A stretch of 64,000 nt of DNA from Octopus bimaculoides. Taxonomy: Eukaryota. The position numbers and the translations under genes are program-made. The stretch covers positions 57,739,300-57,803,299 of the forward strand of contig NC_068988.1 of assembly GCF_001194135.2 (NCBI RefSeq). The letters run 5' to 3'. Shown one piece after another: positions 49,268-60,847 of the stretch. The number at the start of each line of letters is the position of its first letter. The stretch's first letter is position 1. The notes under the pieces were generated by a model. That model saw only the letters and a list, made by a program, of their open reading frames with translations, was not told the DNA's origin and did not search any database.

Positions 49268-49668
49268 NNNNNNNNNNNNNNNNNNNNNNNNNNNNNNNNN
49301 NNNNNNNNNNNNNNNNNNNNNNNNNNNNNNNNNNNNNNNNNNNNNNNNNNNNNNNNNNNNNNNNNNNNNNNNNNNNNNNNNNNNNNNNNNNNNNNNNNNN
49401 NNNNNNNNNNNNNNNNNNNNNNNNNNNNNNNNNNNNNNNNNNNNNNNNNNNNNNNNNNNNNNNNNNNNNNNNNNNNNNNNNNNNNNNNNNNNNNNNNNNN
49501 NNNNNNNNNNNNNNNNNNNNNNNNNNNNNNNNNNNNNNNNNNNNNNNNNNNNNNNNNNNNNNNNNNNNNNNNNNNNNNNNNNNNNNNNNNNNNNNNNNNN
49601 NNNNNNNNNNNNNNNNNNNNNNNNNNNNNNNNNNNNNNNNNNNNNNNNNNNNNNNNNNNNNNNNNNNN

Positions 49669-49701
<33 letters not shown>

Positions 49702-49756
49702 CACACATATATATATTCCCATTCCGAGGAATCTACTTGAGATACACTAATACATG

Positions 49757-49796
<40 letters not shown>

Positions 49797-49989
49797 TATA
49801 CGTGTGTGTGTGTGTGTATGAACATGTGTACATACGCATACATGAGTTACTGAAGCAAAGAATTAAAAAGTTAACTTAAAACCAGATGACATGGGCATCA
49901 AACATCATGGTTGGCAATTTCAAAAACCATATATTTAAAACCTGCTAATATTTTTCTATCTGTATAAGGGGATGACCTGACAAAATTTT

Positions 49990-50160
49990 TAGCAGGATTG
50001 GAAAAATTCTTAGGGGTATTTCATCCACCTTTATGATCTGGGTAAATTCTGCCATGGTCAAATTTACCTTTCAGTCTTTAGGGCTCAATAAACTAAGTAC
50101 CAGTTGAGTACTGGGGGTTTGATGTAATTGACTTACTCCCCACCTGCCTCCCAGAACTAG
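49990..50160 (+). mobile_element. SINE-C (diverged)
   Basis: CAAATTTACCTTTCAGTC...AACTAAGTACCAGTTGAGTACTGGGG. Confidence 0.7.
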
Positions 50161-50174
50161 CTGAACTTATTCTT

Positions 50175-50570
50175 TTCTTTTATTCTTTTATTTGTTTCAG
50201 TCATTCGACTGTGGCCATGTTGGAGCACTGCCTTTAGTTGTGAAAATCAACCCCAGGACTTATTCTTTGTAAGCCTAGTACTTATCCTATCGGTCTGTTT
50301 TGCCAAATCGCTAAGTTACAGGGTAGTAAACATACCAACATCGGTTATCAAGCGATAGTAGGGGAACAAACACAGACACACAAATATATACATATATATA
50401 TATATACGATGGGCTTCTTTCAGTTTCTGTCTACCAAATCCACTCACAAGGCTTTGGTCGGCCCAAGGCTATCGTAGAAGACACTTGCCCAAGATTCATT
50501 GCCGTGGAACTGAACCCGGAATCATGCGGTTGGTAAGCAGGCTACTTACCAGACAGCCACTCCTGCGCCA
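50175..50570 (-). mobile_element. SINE-B, full length
   Basis: Tail through head ...CAGCCACTCCTGCGCC. Confidence 0.9.
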
Positions 50571-50674
50571 TATAAAAGTTATGGAATGAAATAAGGATGG
50601 TTATATGAGCTCTGTTGTTCATGAACACTAATACAAAATTAATAATTACACATCAATAGTGAATAATGAATGAT

Positions 50675-50737
<63 letters not shown>

Positions 50738-50765
50738 CACATATATATATATATATAGCACTCAC

Positions 50766-50879
50766 CTTAACTTCATAACAGATAATGAAGAGGTCCTCTG
50801 ATGTACCTCTTTGGTAAAATCCCAATGGTAGTTGGTCTTCCTGACAGCTATTTCAGGCTTATCTTTCTATGTATAAAAC
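50766..50879 (-). other. Candidate exon (114 nt) with strong splice sites and one in-frame UAG
   Basis: Acceptor TTACATTCTCTTTACAG|G, donor AAG|GTGAGT; phase 2-2 frame FYT*KDKPEIAVRKTNYHWDFTKEVHQRTSSLSVMKL; all three frames contain stops. Confidence 0.4.
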
Positions 50880-51002
50880 CTGTAAAGAGAATGTAATTAA
50901 TTATAACTGTAATGTAGAAAACATGAAGTATGCACTGAAAGTTAACATAGCAAATATGGTTTATAACATGGTGAAAATTAGCCTTTTATATAATGTTTAA
51001 CA

Positions 51003-51155
51003 AGGCAGTGAGCAGGCAGAATCGTTCCGCTGAGGTCAACTTTGCCTTTCATCCTCTTGGGTTGATAAACTAGGTACCAGTTGAACACTGGAGTCGATGT
51101 AATCAACTTACCCTCTCCCAGAAATTGCTGACCTTGTGCCAAAATTTGAAATCAA
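51003..51155 (+). mobile_element. SINE-C with internal deletion
   Basis: The head GCAGGCAGAATCGTT joins directly to CCGCTGAGGTCAACTTTGCC. Confidence 0.75.
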
Positions 51156-51180
51156 TACGATATGTAAAAAAGTAATGTAT

Positions 51181-51506
51181 TTGTAAGATGCTGGAACTGG
51201 TTTGTAACAGAAACTGATTTGTAACATGGTAACACTGGTTTGTAACATATTTAAACTTGGCTTGCAACAGCATGAAACTCAGTTTGTAACATGCTGAAAT
51301 TTGGTTTGTAACATGGTAAAACTGGTTTGTAACATAATGAGACTTGGTTTGCAACAACATGAAACTCAGTTTGTAACATGCTGAAATTTGATTTGTAACA
51401 TGGTAAAACTGGTTTGTAACATAATGAGATTTGGTTTGCAACAACATGAAACTCAGTTTGTAACATGCTGAAATTTGGTTTGTAACATTGTAAAACTGGT
51501 TTGTAA
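51181..51506. repeat. 87-bp higher-order tandem repeat of four 21-22-bp monomers
   Basis: Unit starts 51227, 51314, 51401, 51488 (period 87); monomers share GTTTG(T/C)AACA. Confidence 0.95.
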
Positions 51507-52836
51507 TTTTTGTAATATGGTCTTCTTATCAAAAGTATCAAGGGAGGTAGCCTTGTGTAAATTGATGAGAGATTAAGAGAATGACAGAGGAATATAGATA
51601 GGGGTCAAGCTGTGGAGAAGATACAAGGATACGCGAGTTGTGGAAGGAGAGAGTGGAAGAGAGACTTAGAGAGAAAGATAGAAATGGAGAGTGAGAGATG
51701 TTGATAGATATGTGTCAGAACATACCCTCAAGGTACAGTGGAGGGGTGAATACAGGTGAAATGACACAGAGGACTGGACTAGGTGAGTGGGCAGTGGGTG
51801 GGAGGAGAGACAAAGAGGAAAGTTTCATAAGAATGTGAGGAGAACTCTTTGGGAAAGCAGGGCAAGTTTTATAATAATGTAAGGAAAGAGGGAAAAATTA
51901 CTGGGATCGACTTATTCCAACTAAACCCTTCAAGAAGGTGCCCCAGAATGGACACAGTGAATTCAGTGAAACAGATAAAAGATTAAAGATGATTAATGGA
52001 AACCTGACAGAAGATGATGGTTGCTTGGAGAAAGGATGTGTCTATCTTAATTCTAAATACCGACAATATCCTTTGAAGTAGGTCTGATATTCTTCTAAAG
52101 GAAAGAATCAAATACAGCATTATGAGAGAAGTGGAGGAGGAAGCAGTTCCGTTGTGGGCGGATGAAGAACCACAGGTGTTGAAATTTCAAAAAGATTCTA
52201 ATTAAAGAAATTAGAGTATGTAGGTAAATAGGTAGGTAAGTAGGTGGATAGGTAAGGAGGTAAGTGGTGAAAACTAAACTTTTATTTTGTTTTGTTATTT
52301 CGTTTGCATTTTCTTTGTGCATCGGTATGTGTGTGTGTGCTTCTCTGTGTGTGTGTGTGTGTGTGAGTGTGCATGCATGCATGCTAATGTATGTGTGTGT
52401 GCATGTGTTAGTGTGCACATGTGTGTGTGAGTGCATGCATGCATGTGTGTGTAAGTGTGTGAGTGTGTATGTGAGCGTGTGTTTGAGTGAATGTGTGTGT
52501 GTGTTAATGTGTATGTGAATGTGTGTTTGAGTGAATGTGTGTGTACATGTGTGTGTGTGAGTGTGTGTGTTTGAGTGAATGTGTGTGTGCATATGTGTAA
52601 ATGTGTGAGTGTGTGTGTTTGAGTGAATGTGTGTGTATGTAAATTTGTGAGTGTGTATGTTTGAGTGAATGTGTGTGTGTGCATGTATGTGTGAGTGTGT
52701 GTGTTTGTGTGAATGTGTGTGCGTCTGAGTGAATGTATGTGTGTGCATGTATGTGTGAGTGTGTGTGTTTGTGTGAATGTGTGTGTGTTTGAGTGAATGT
52801 GTGTGTGTAAATGTGTGAGTATGTGTGTTTGAGTGA

Positions 52837-52956
<120 letters not shown>

Positions 52957-53354
52957 CTGCTTTGCTTTCTTGATAATTCTATAAATACAGTCTCTATTCC
53001 TGCTCATCATTACTCTTCACTTACTTCCATAAACTTCCATCAACACCTGTAGGTTTACTTGTAGAACCATCAGGGAGATGTTTTTCTAACATAACACAAA
53101 AAAAATAATAAAATTTTAAAAAATGACTGTATTGAGTTGAGTTGATTAATAATAGTCTGGTAAACCTGATGTCTTATATTATTATAATGCCAGGAATTCT
53201 ATGAAAGACAGAATTTAACAGTTTGGAAGAATTTTCAATAAACAAATATTTGAGCATTTCCTTTTCTTCTTTAACCAATGTTTTTATTATTTTTTTGCCT
53301 ATAAAGAGAACTTTTGTTATAGAAAAAAGAAAAGACTGGCTATATGGCCATATT

Positions 53355-53558
53355 ATTTTTTGCTTGTTTCAGTAATTGGACTGTGGTCATGTTGGGGCAT
53401 TACTTTGAAGGGTTTTAATTAAACAGATCACCTCTAGTATCTATTTTTAAATTTGGTACTTATTCCATCGATATCTTTTGCCAAACTGCAAAAAATATCA
53501 AGACTGTGAACAAACCAACACTGGTTGTCAAGTGATGGAGAGAGATAAACACAAACTG

Positions 53559-53624
<66 letters not shown>

Positions 53625-53914
53625 TTAGTACCTCTAATCCAATCACAGTTAATTAACTGGAATATAAAAAGAGAAACCTATCACTTTGTCAGTTCCAGTG
53701 TCTGATACTGAAGAGGAGATAACTACTCTGAAATTCATGCAGCTATCCAGATAGGGCACTTTGAACTGACTTGGTGTGTTTAAAGCGATTTATCTACAGT
53801 AAGAAATTTTCTCCGTAACAAAAAAATACTGCAAATGGTTTTCTTATTAGTTCGAATATGCCCTGAGCATATTTGAACTGGTAACAAGTTTATACATTTA
53901 TATAATTTATATAT

Positions 53915-53971
<57 letters not shown>

Positions 53972-54135
53972 TATGTATATACATATATATATGACAGGTT
54001 TCCACACAGTTTCCATCTACCAAATTCACTACTCACAAGGTGTTGATCAGCTTCAAACTATACTGGAATGTACATGTCCTAAGTGCTACACTGTGGAACT
54101 GAACCTGAAACCACATGGTTGCTATGCAAACTTCT
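53355..54135 (-). mobile_element. SINE-B split within its internal microsatellite by ~280 bp of other sequence
   Basis: B 3' half 53355-53560, (CA)n, unrelated 53620-53900, (TA)n, B head 53992-54135. Confidence 0.65.
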
Positions 54136-54165
54136 TTATATTTTTGTGCATCGGTATGTATGTGT

Positions 54166-54210
<45 letters not shown>

Positions 54211-54833
54211 TGTGCGCATGCATGCATGCTAATGTACAAGGCTCCTTCATTGGAATTTCAACATCAACAACAGGGTATTTTTGTTTGTATATATGCATGT
54301 ATGTATGCATGTATGTATGTGTAGATTTGTGTGTTTTATGTATGTATCCTCATGCATATAGTTGCATATCTAGACATGCATGTATGTATGTACGTGTGTG
54401 TGTGTGTGGGGGGTCTTCAAGTGTATATTGCACCAAAAGGGAGGTGAACTGAAAGAATCAATAATATGTCAATCCTTTTTTAAAACTGTGGATAATGGTC
54501 AAGATGCATGCATTTACGAATAGATACCCATTCAACCACATACATGAAAGATTACTAATAAGAAATGGCAGCTTGCAACAATTGTCTACACCTCAAAGAG
54601 CATATCAGAAAACAGCTTGTGCAGTTGTTTGTAGCTAAAGCTGAACTTATTGTTTACTGTAAGACATTTTCGCAACATAGAATTTCCCTGCAAATAGCTA
54701 TTATTCTGTATGTAAACACTAAGACTATTCTCTCATTCTTCTCAGTTACTAAATGACTTACAATGTTCTATGAAGAAAAGAAAAAGAAAAAAAACTCATT
54801 CATGAATTTCTTGCAGATTGTAATGATTTTTTA

Positions 54834-55583
54834 TCAATTGTAAAATAATAATTTATTAATAAGTCACTAGTTATATCATGCTGACAATTTCTAAAAAGAA
54901 TAAAAGCCTAGCAGTGGGTAAGACAACGTGCCCTCCATTGGTCAGTTAAAGTCTAGACAGTGTCACGTGACAACTTGCTGGGGCTGCCTGCTGGATCCTA
55001 GCAGCAGGTATTTAAAGGGAAATTTGACAAGACAGTCAGTCGGCTGCTGACACTCTTTGACGCTGCATCGAAGAGGCCAGGGAACAAAAGAAAGAAGACA
55101 GGCACTCAACACCAGAGCTGAAGACACTTCCGAAAGGGGGGAGGGATGCCACATCAAAACGGTAGAGGAGTAGGGGCTGAAACCGGATGTGGTTCCTCTT
55201 GATAATGTCTTGAGCTAACTGGATCCTGTAAAGGAGCGGCTGTGGTACCAGACCACGAAGCATGGTTGAAATTCCTCCATGATTGCAACCAGCAAGAAAT
55301 TATATGAGCTTTATAATAAGTAAACAAAAAGAAATTGAAGATATGAATCCTGTGCATCTTTTTCCATGTAATCCCTTAATTTAAAATATTTCAATTGTAA
55401 AATAATGATTTATTAATAAGTCACTGGTTATATCATGCTGACAATTTCTAAAAAGAATAAAAGAGTGTTATACATGATTGCGACCAGCAAGAAACTGTAA
55501 GAACTTCATAATAAGTAAACAAAACAAAAATTGAAGAAATGAATTCTGTGAATATTTTTCCATGTAATCCCTTAATTTAAAAT
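54834..55583. repeat. ~195-bp tandem duplication, first copy interrupted
   Basis: X 54834-54906 matches X' 55391-55463; Y 55278-55387 matches Y' 55473-55583 (about 85-90% by eye). Confidence 0.9.
54907..55277 (+). promoter_or_regulatory. GC-richer 371-bp insert with promoter/LTR-U3-like motifs
   Basis: ATTGG (CCAAT) at 54937, 12-bp palindrome TGTCACGTGACA at 54961-72, TATTTAAA at 55009. Confidence 0.35.
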
Positions 55584-55990
55584 TCAAATTTCTAGTTCCA
55601 CTTTGTGAGGGGATGATTACCTCCCTTGTAATTGCTATTATCACTAAAGAAACCACATGTTTATTTTGCAATATTTACACCACATTTTCTTTTATGCCAT
55701 TATGATCTGAATAAGTCGTTCATCCTCCTGGGATTAATAAAGTAATGTAGAAGTCAAACACTGGGGTCGAATTTAATCAACTATATTTGCCCTCCAGAAA
55801 TGTTGTGACGATAAATTGGGTGACTGTTTGTTACAGACCCCCTACAGAAGACTTTATCTCTTCAAGTAGTGTGTTAAAACCAAGTCAACCTTGACAGAAG
55901 CTATCTCCTCTGTGATCTATAGAGCATGATATAGCACAAGTTATAACACATTAGTGAAGTTCATAACAGACCTAGCCAGATGAGAGTCAC

Positions 55991-56023
<33 letters not shown>

Positions 56024-56769
56024 ACACATCCACACATATTCACATGCATACAAGCATAAGCATACACACACAGATATGCATACACACACATATATATATA
56101 CATACATACATACATGTGCACATACAGATACACATATATGTTGACATACACACATACACATATATATATAAATACACACATATAATATGTACATTATATA
56201 CACATGCATCACAACCGCCACATACATTCACACATACATTCACATATATACAGGCATAAATATACACACAGTTATACATAAGCACATACATATACATACA
56301 TTTGCTCATACAGATACAGGCGTATACAGTCATACATATATACACACATATACATACACACAGACACAAATGCATTTATATATAAGCACAAACATACACA
56401 CATTCATATAGACACACATACACACAGTACATTCACATATATATACACATATACACACATTCACATAGATGCACATATGCACATACACATATGTACATTC
56501 ACCATATATACACATATACACGTATTCAAACATAATGAATTTCCCACACATATACACATTCTTTCTTTCTGCACCATCAGGTTGATAAATGACCCTTGAT
56601 GACCTCCTTGACAAGCACTGTATGCTTGTCATAGGAGAATAGAAAGGCCTATTCCTTTAGGTGTGTTTTACAAAACACCAACTTCTCAGCTAAATACTGA
56701 TGTGTCCACCACACCTACCTGGGTATTCAGCATATAAAGCACAGAAAAGGCAGCATATTGGCAGAAACG

Positions 56770-56969
56770 TTAGCACAGAACAGTCATTGATGGCTTATGC
56801 TCCAAAGGAAGTGAAGTGGCTTCATTTAAGTAAGTAGACTTCCATTTCCCTTGGAAGTGTCCACCAGAGGACTTGTCTTGTAATGTTGGAAACAGGTTTC
56901 CATTAGGTATATCCCAGCCAAGCCCTGTTTTCTCCTCTTGACCTAGGTTTTGATACTTTGCTGGTTTGC
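56770..56969 (-). CDS. Weak candidate exon, product unknown
   Basis: Acceptor TTTATTTATTTATAG|G then open frame GKPAKYQNLGQEEKTGLGWDIPNGNLFPTLQDKSSGGHFQGKWKSTYLNEATSLPLEHKPSMTVLC*; no good donor. Confidence 0.25.
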
Positions 56970-56989
56970 CTATAAATAAATAAAGTTGA

Positions 56990-57212
56990 ACACCATTTTG
57001 AGCGTGGCCGTTGCCAGTAACGCCTGACTGGCCTTCGTGCCGGTGGCATGTAAAAAGCACCCACTACACTCTCTGAGTGGTTGGCGTTAGGAAGGGCATC
57101 CAGCTGTAGAAACTCTGCCAAATCAGATTGGAGCCTGGTGTAGCCATCTGGTTTCACCAGTCCTCAGTCAAATCGTCCACCCCATGCTAGCATGGAAAGC
57201 GGATGATGACGA
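56990..57212 (+). mobile_element. SINE-A 3' half
   Basis: High identity to 1670-1890 and 38480-38700. Confidence 0.9.
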
Positions 57213-57825
57213 TGAACTTGGTGGGTTGATTAAACACTACTAATCTGAGGCAGTAGATTAGCAGAAAACCATTAGAGTACGAAATGAGATGTTTTGCAGT
57301 ATCTGTTCCAGCTCTGCTATCTGTTTTGAGACCAATGCCTGCAATAACACTGATGGAAAGCTATATTGGTCTTAAAGGGACAACCTTGGAAACAGAAATG
57401 ACATGGAAAGAGGAGACTGCAAGCATAAACAACTGCCTGCTTTCAGCCCCACAAAAAAAAAAAGAAATAAATAAATAAAAAAAAGAAAACTTGTCCAGGA
57501 CTGTACATAGATGTGCAGATACATGGTCAGCCCTGATTATACTTGAACAGTTCAAGACAATTCTTATTTGGATTTACTGCATTCCTGAATATGTCAGGAG
57601 ACCACATCTCACTTGTACATTTCATTTCGGCAACTTTTCTGGGGGTTTTTTACCCTTCCTAACATCAACTACTTTACATAGTGCACTGGTGTATTTATAT
57701 ATGTCTATATAAAATGTATAAGTATGTGTGTGTATATGTATATGCGTTGAGTGTGTATATGTGTATATAATCAGATAGTAAGTAAAAAACAACTTGTTCT
57801 TCTGTATGTATATATTTATACATAC

Positions 57826-57953
57826 CCAGCTGTAGAAACTTTGCCAAACCAGATTGGAGCCTAGTGTAGCCATCTGGTTCACCAGTTCTCAGTCAAATCG
57901 TCCAACCCATGCTAGCATGGAAAGCAGACGTTAAACGATGATGATGATGATGA
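57826..57953 (+). mobile_element. SINE-A 3' fragment
   Basis: CAGCTGTAGAAACTTTGCC...GACGTTAAACGATGATGATG. Confidence 0.9.
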
Positions 57954-58032
57954 TACATACATACATATATGTATATATATATATATTAAACTGGCAGCAT
58001 GACCATCCCCAAATACAACAATATATATATAT

Positions 58033-58048
58033 AAGTAGTGCTACGAGG

Positions 58049-58084
<36 letters not shown>

Positions 58085-58100
58085 CCTCGTAGCACTACTT
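58033..58100. repeat. Perfect 68-bp palindrome centred on (AT)16
   Basis: AAGTAGTGCTACGAGGTC-(AT)16-GACCTCGTAGCACTACTT. Confidence 0.95.
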
Positions 58101-58136
58101 TACAGTATACAACAAACCACAATAGATATGGTTAAA

Positions 58137-58167
<31 letters not shown>

Positions 58168-58610
58168 CAATACAGTAAAAATTCATTATCAGTAAAGTTT
58201 AAATCAGTTCATTAGTAATCATATTGCTATTTAAGAAACATCATTAATCAGTTTTTGACCTCATCCAAATATTCTTCATCCATAAAAAAACATTGATGTT
58301 GTTAGTGATGTCATTGTGATTTTGTAGCTACCTTTTCAAATTTCACCCATGCTTTCTGTGTTTACTAGATTCTTTTTGTTTACAAGATTAAGTATATCAG
58401 CACTCACTCAATTATTGCTTCAGGCAAGATGGTATCCATAGGTAATTTATGTTTCTGTATCAAAATTCGTCATCCTATTCAATTAATTTAAAAAAATAAA
58501 ATGCCACCTGTTTCGTGGTTGAGCTGTTTTGCACTAAGGAATTTTGTGTTCATAATTCTAACATACATAACAACAACAATAACACCAACAACAATAATAA
58601 TAATAAATAA

Positions 58611-58898
58611 AAGTAATTTGAACGTGGAGCTTAAAACAGAAACGATTCCTATAATAGTAGGTGCATTAAGTATGATAAAAAAAAACACTCAGACAAATAT
58701 ATAACAAAAAAAAACAGGACTTACAAGTATATATAACATACAGAAAATTGCACTACTGGGCACTGCACACATCCTACGCAAAACACTTTCAATACAGTAA
58801 CAATAAGAACATCACAGCAAACCGCAGCACATACCCAAAGCACACAGAGCTGCACTTGGTAGTGAAGTGAAAGCACATGATAAGAATAAGACTATTGA
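58611..58898 (+). mobile_element. R4/Dong-type RLE LINE 3' end, family 1
   Basis: LKTETIPIIVGALSMIKK...GLTSIYNIQKIALLGTAHILRKTLSIQ* (TAA 58798-800), ~100-bp 3'UTR, (AAT)n on both sides. Confidence 0.85.
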
Positions 58899-58919
58899 AT
58901 AATAATAATGATGATGATG

Positions 58920-59016
<97 letters not shown>

Positions 59017-59018
<2 letters not shown>

Positions 59019-59780
59019 GAATGGCAGCTCCCCATTATGTCGTATATGCCAACAACAAAATGAGACCATCGATCATGTTGTNNNNNNNNNNNNNNNNNNN
59101 NNNNNNNNNNNNNNNNNNNNNNNNNNNNNNNNNNNNNNNNNNNNNNNNNNNNNNNNNNNNNNNNNNNNNNNNNNNNNNNNNNNNNNNNNNNNNNNNNNNN
59201 NNNNNNNNNNNNNNNNNNNNNNNNNNNNNNNNNNNNNNNNNNNNNNNNNNNNNNNNNNNNNNNNNNNNNNNNNNNNNNNNNNNNNNNNNNNNNNNNNNNN
59301 NNNNNNNNNNNNNNNNNNNNNNNNNNNNNNNNNNNNNNNNNNNNNNNNNNNNNNNNNNNNNNNNNNNNNNNNNNNNNNNNNNNNNNNNNNNNNNNNNNNN
59401 NNNNNNNNNNNNNNNNNNNNNNNNNNNNNNNNNNNNNAATACCTATTGTCATAGGTGCCCTGGGAATGACAGCGAAACGGGCTGATTACTACCTAGATCA
59501 GATTCCAGGAAACCCCAAAATGGCTGAAGTTCAAAAGATAGTGCTCATGGGAACTGCCCATATCCTACGTAAAATACTGTCTAGGTGATCTCAAATTTTA
59601 AAGCAAACACATAATTTTCTTATGGTTTCTTAAACATTCACTTGAACAAAACTGTACAAATCCAAATATATGGTACCCTAGGCATAACACCTACATGAAC
59701 TTCTAACTTGTCGTCTCTTGAGGTCTCTGGGTGAGACTTGGATCCAACTTGTACAAATGCAAAACAAAAGTCAAACATAA
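59017..59780 (+). mobile_element. R4/Dong-type RLE LINE 3' end, family 2 (gap inside)
   Basis: KNGSSPLCRICQQQNETIDHVV (CCHC knuckle start), 356-N gap, IPIVIGALGMTAKRADYYLDQIPGNPKMAEVQKIVLMGTAHILRKILSR* (TGA 59586-88), 3'UTR, (AAT)n tail. Confidence 0.9.
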
Positions 59781-60084
59781 AATAATAATAATAATAGTAA
59801 TAATAATAATTAGAATTAGAACTATTATTACCTGTAGAATATAAAGAATATTGAAGGTTTGTGGATACCTAAGGTTACCTAAGGTAGTAGCCCACCACCC
59901 ACATAAGTTCTTCTAGGAATAAGAACAACCCAAGTCAAATCAGCAATGATTCTAATGCTGAAGAATTGTATGGCTAAATTCAAACAACTCCATTAGTGAC
60001 TATCACTCTATCAACACCACCTCCACTACATCTAATAACATCGTCATCATCATCATCATCATCGTCATCGCCATCATCATCTTT

Positions 60085-60306
60085 TATTTATTCCTTTCCT
60101 TGTTTCAGTCATTTGACTGCGGCCATGCTGGAGCACTGCCTTTAGTCGAGAAAATCGACCCCAGAGCTTATTCTTTGTAAGCCTAATACTTATTCTATCG
60201 GTCTCTTTTGCCAAACGGCTAAGTTACGGAGACATAAACACACCACCATCGGTTGTCAAGCAATGTCGGGGGACAGACACACAAACATATACACACACAT
60301 ACATAC

Positions 60307-60367
<61 letters not shown>

Positions 60368-60480
60368 AGGCTTTGGTCGGCCCGAAGCTATAGTAGAAGA
60401 CACCTGCCCAAGGTGTCACAGTGGGACTGAACCCAGGACCATGTGGATGGTAAGCAAGCTACTTACCACACAGCCACCAA
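60085..60480 (-). mobile_element. SINE-B with (TA)n expansion and small deletion
   Basis: Tail and head present; the CAGTTTCCGTCTACCAAATCCACT segment is missing. Confidence 0.9.
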
Positions 60481-60811
60481 CATTATTATGATTCAGCTAC
60501 TTATAACATTGCATAAATTCCTAAATCATAGGGTTCACAGCTGGAAGCCCTTCCATTCTAAAGACAAAGAGAGAAACAAACACAGACACCAGTGAAACAT
60601 GAAACAAAAATGACAATAAGTTTTATTTATTTATCAATTTGTTTATTTATTCACTTATTCATTGGTCTATTTTTGCAAGTAGTTCAAGTCAGGCAAGTAT
60701 AGTTAATGTGCTACGTACAGGTAACGTGTCACACGCACATACATTCATCATGTTGGATTGCTGGACTCTACATTTCTTTTCATTCTCTCTTTCTGTGTAT
60801 TTTCTCTATTC

Positions 60812-60847
60812 CTTTCTGTCGAAGAGCGCAGGCTCGAAACGTAAAAG
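60812..60847 (+). ncRNA. Minimal hammerhead-like motif with variant core
   Basis: Stem I CUUU / CUGUCGA(A) / GAGC-GCAG-GCUC / GAAA / ACGU palindrome / GUA / AAAG. The core has U at the conserved A6 position. Confidence 0.45.

Noticed and set aside
51181-51506. GGTTTGTAACAT repeats with ~10-bp spacers as a CRISPR array
   Set aside because: The spacers recur with an 87-bp period, so it is a higher-order tandem repeat.
51560-51880. Purine-rich stretch as a LINE 3' end on the minus strand
   Set aside because: No diagnostic motif recovered in any frame; probably an unclassified old repeat.
53700-53745. CTGAAGA-GGAG-loop-CTCT-GAAA hammerhead-like core
   Set aside because: Core and stem II are plausible, but I cannot form stem I or a proper stem III/NUH in this copy; kept only as weak support.
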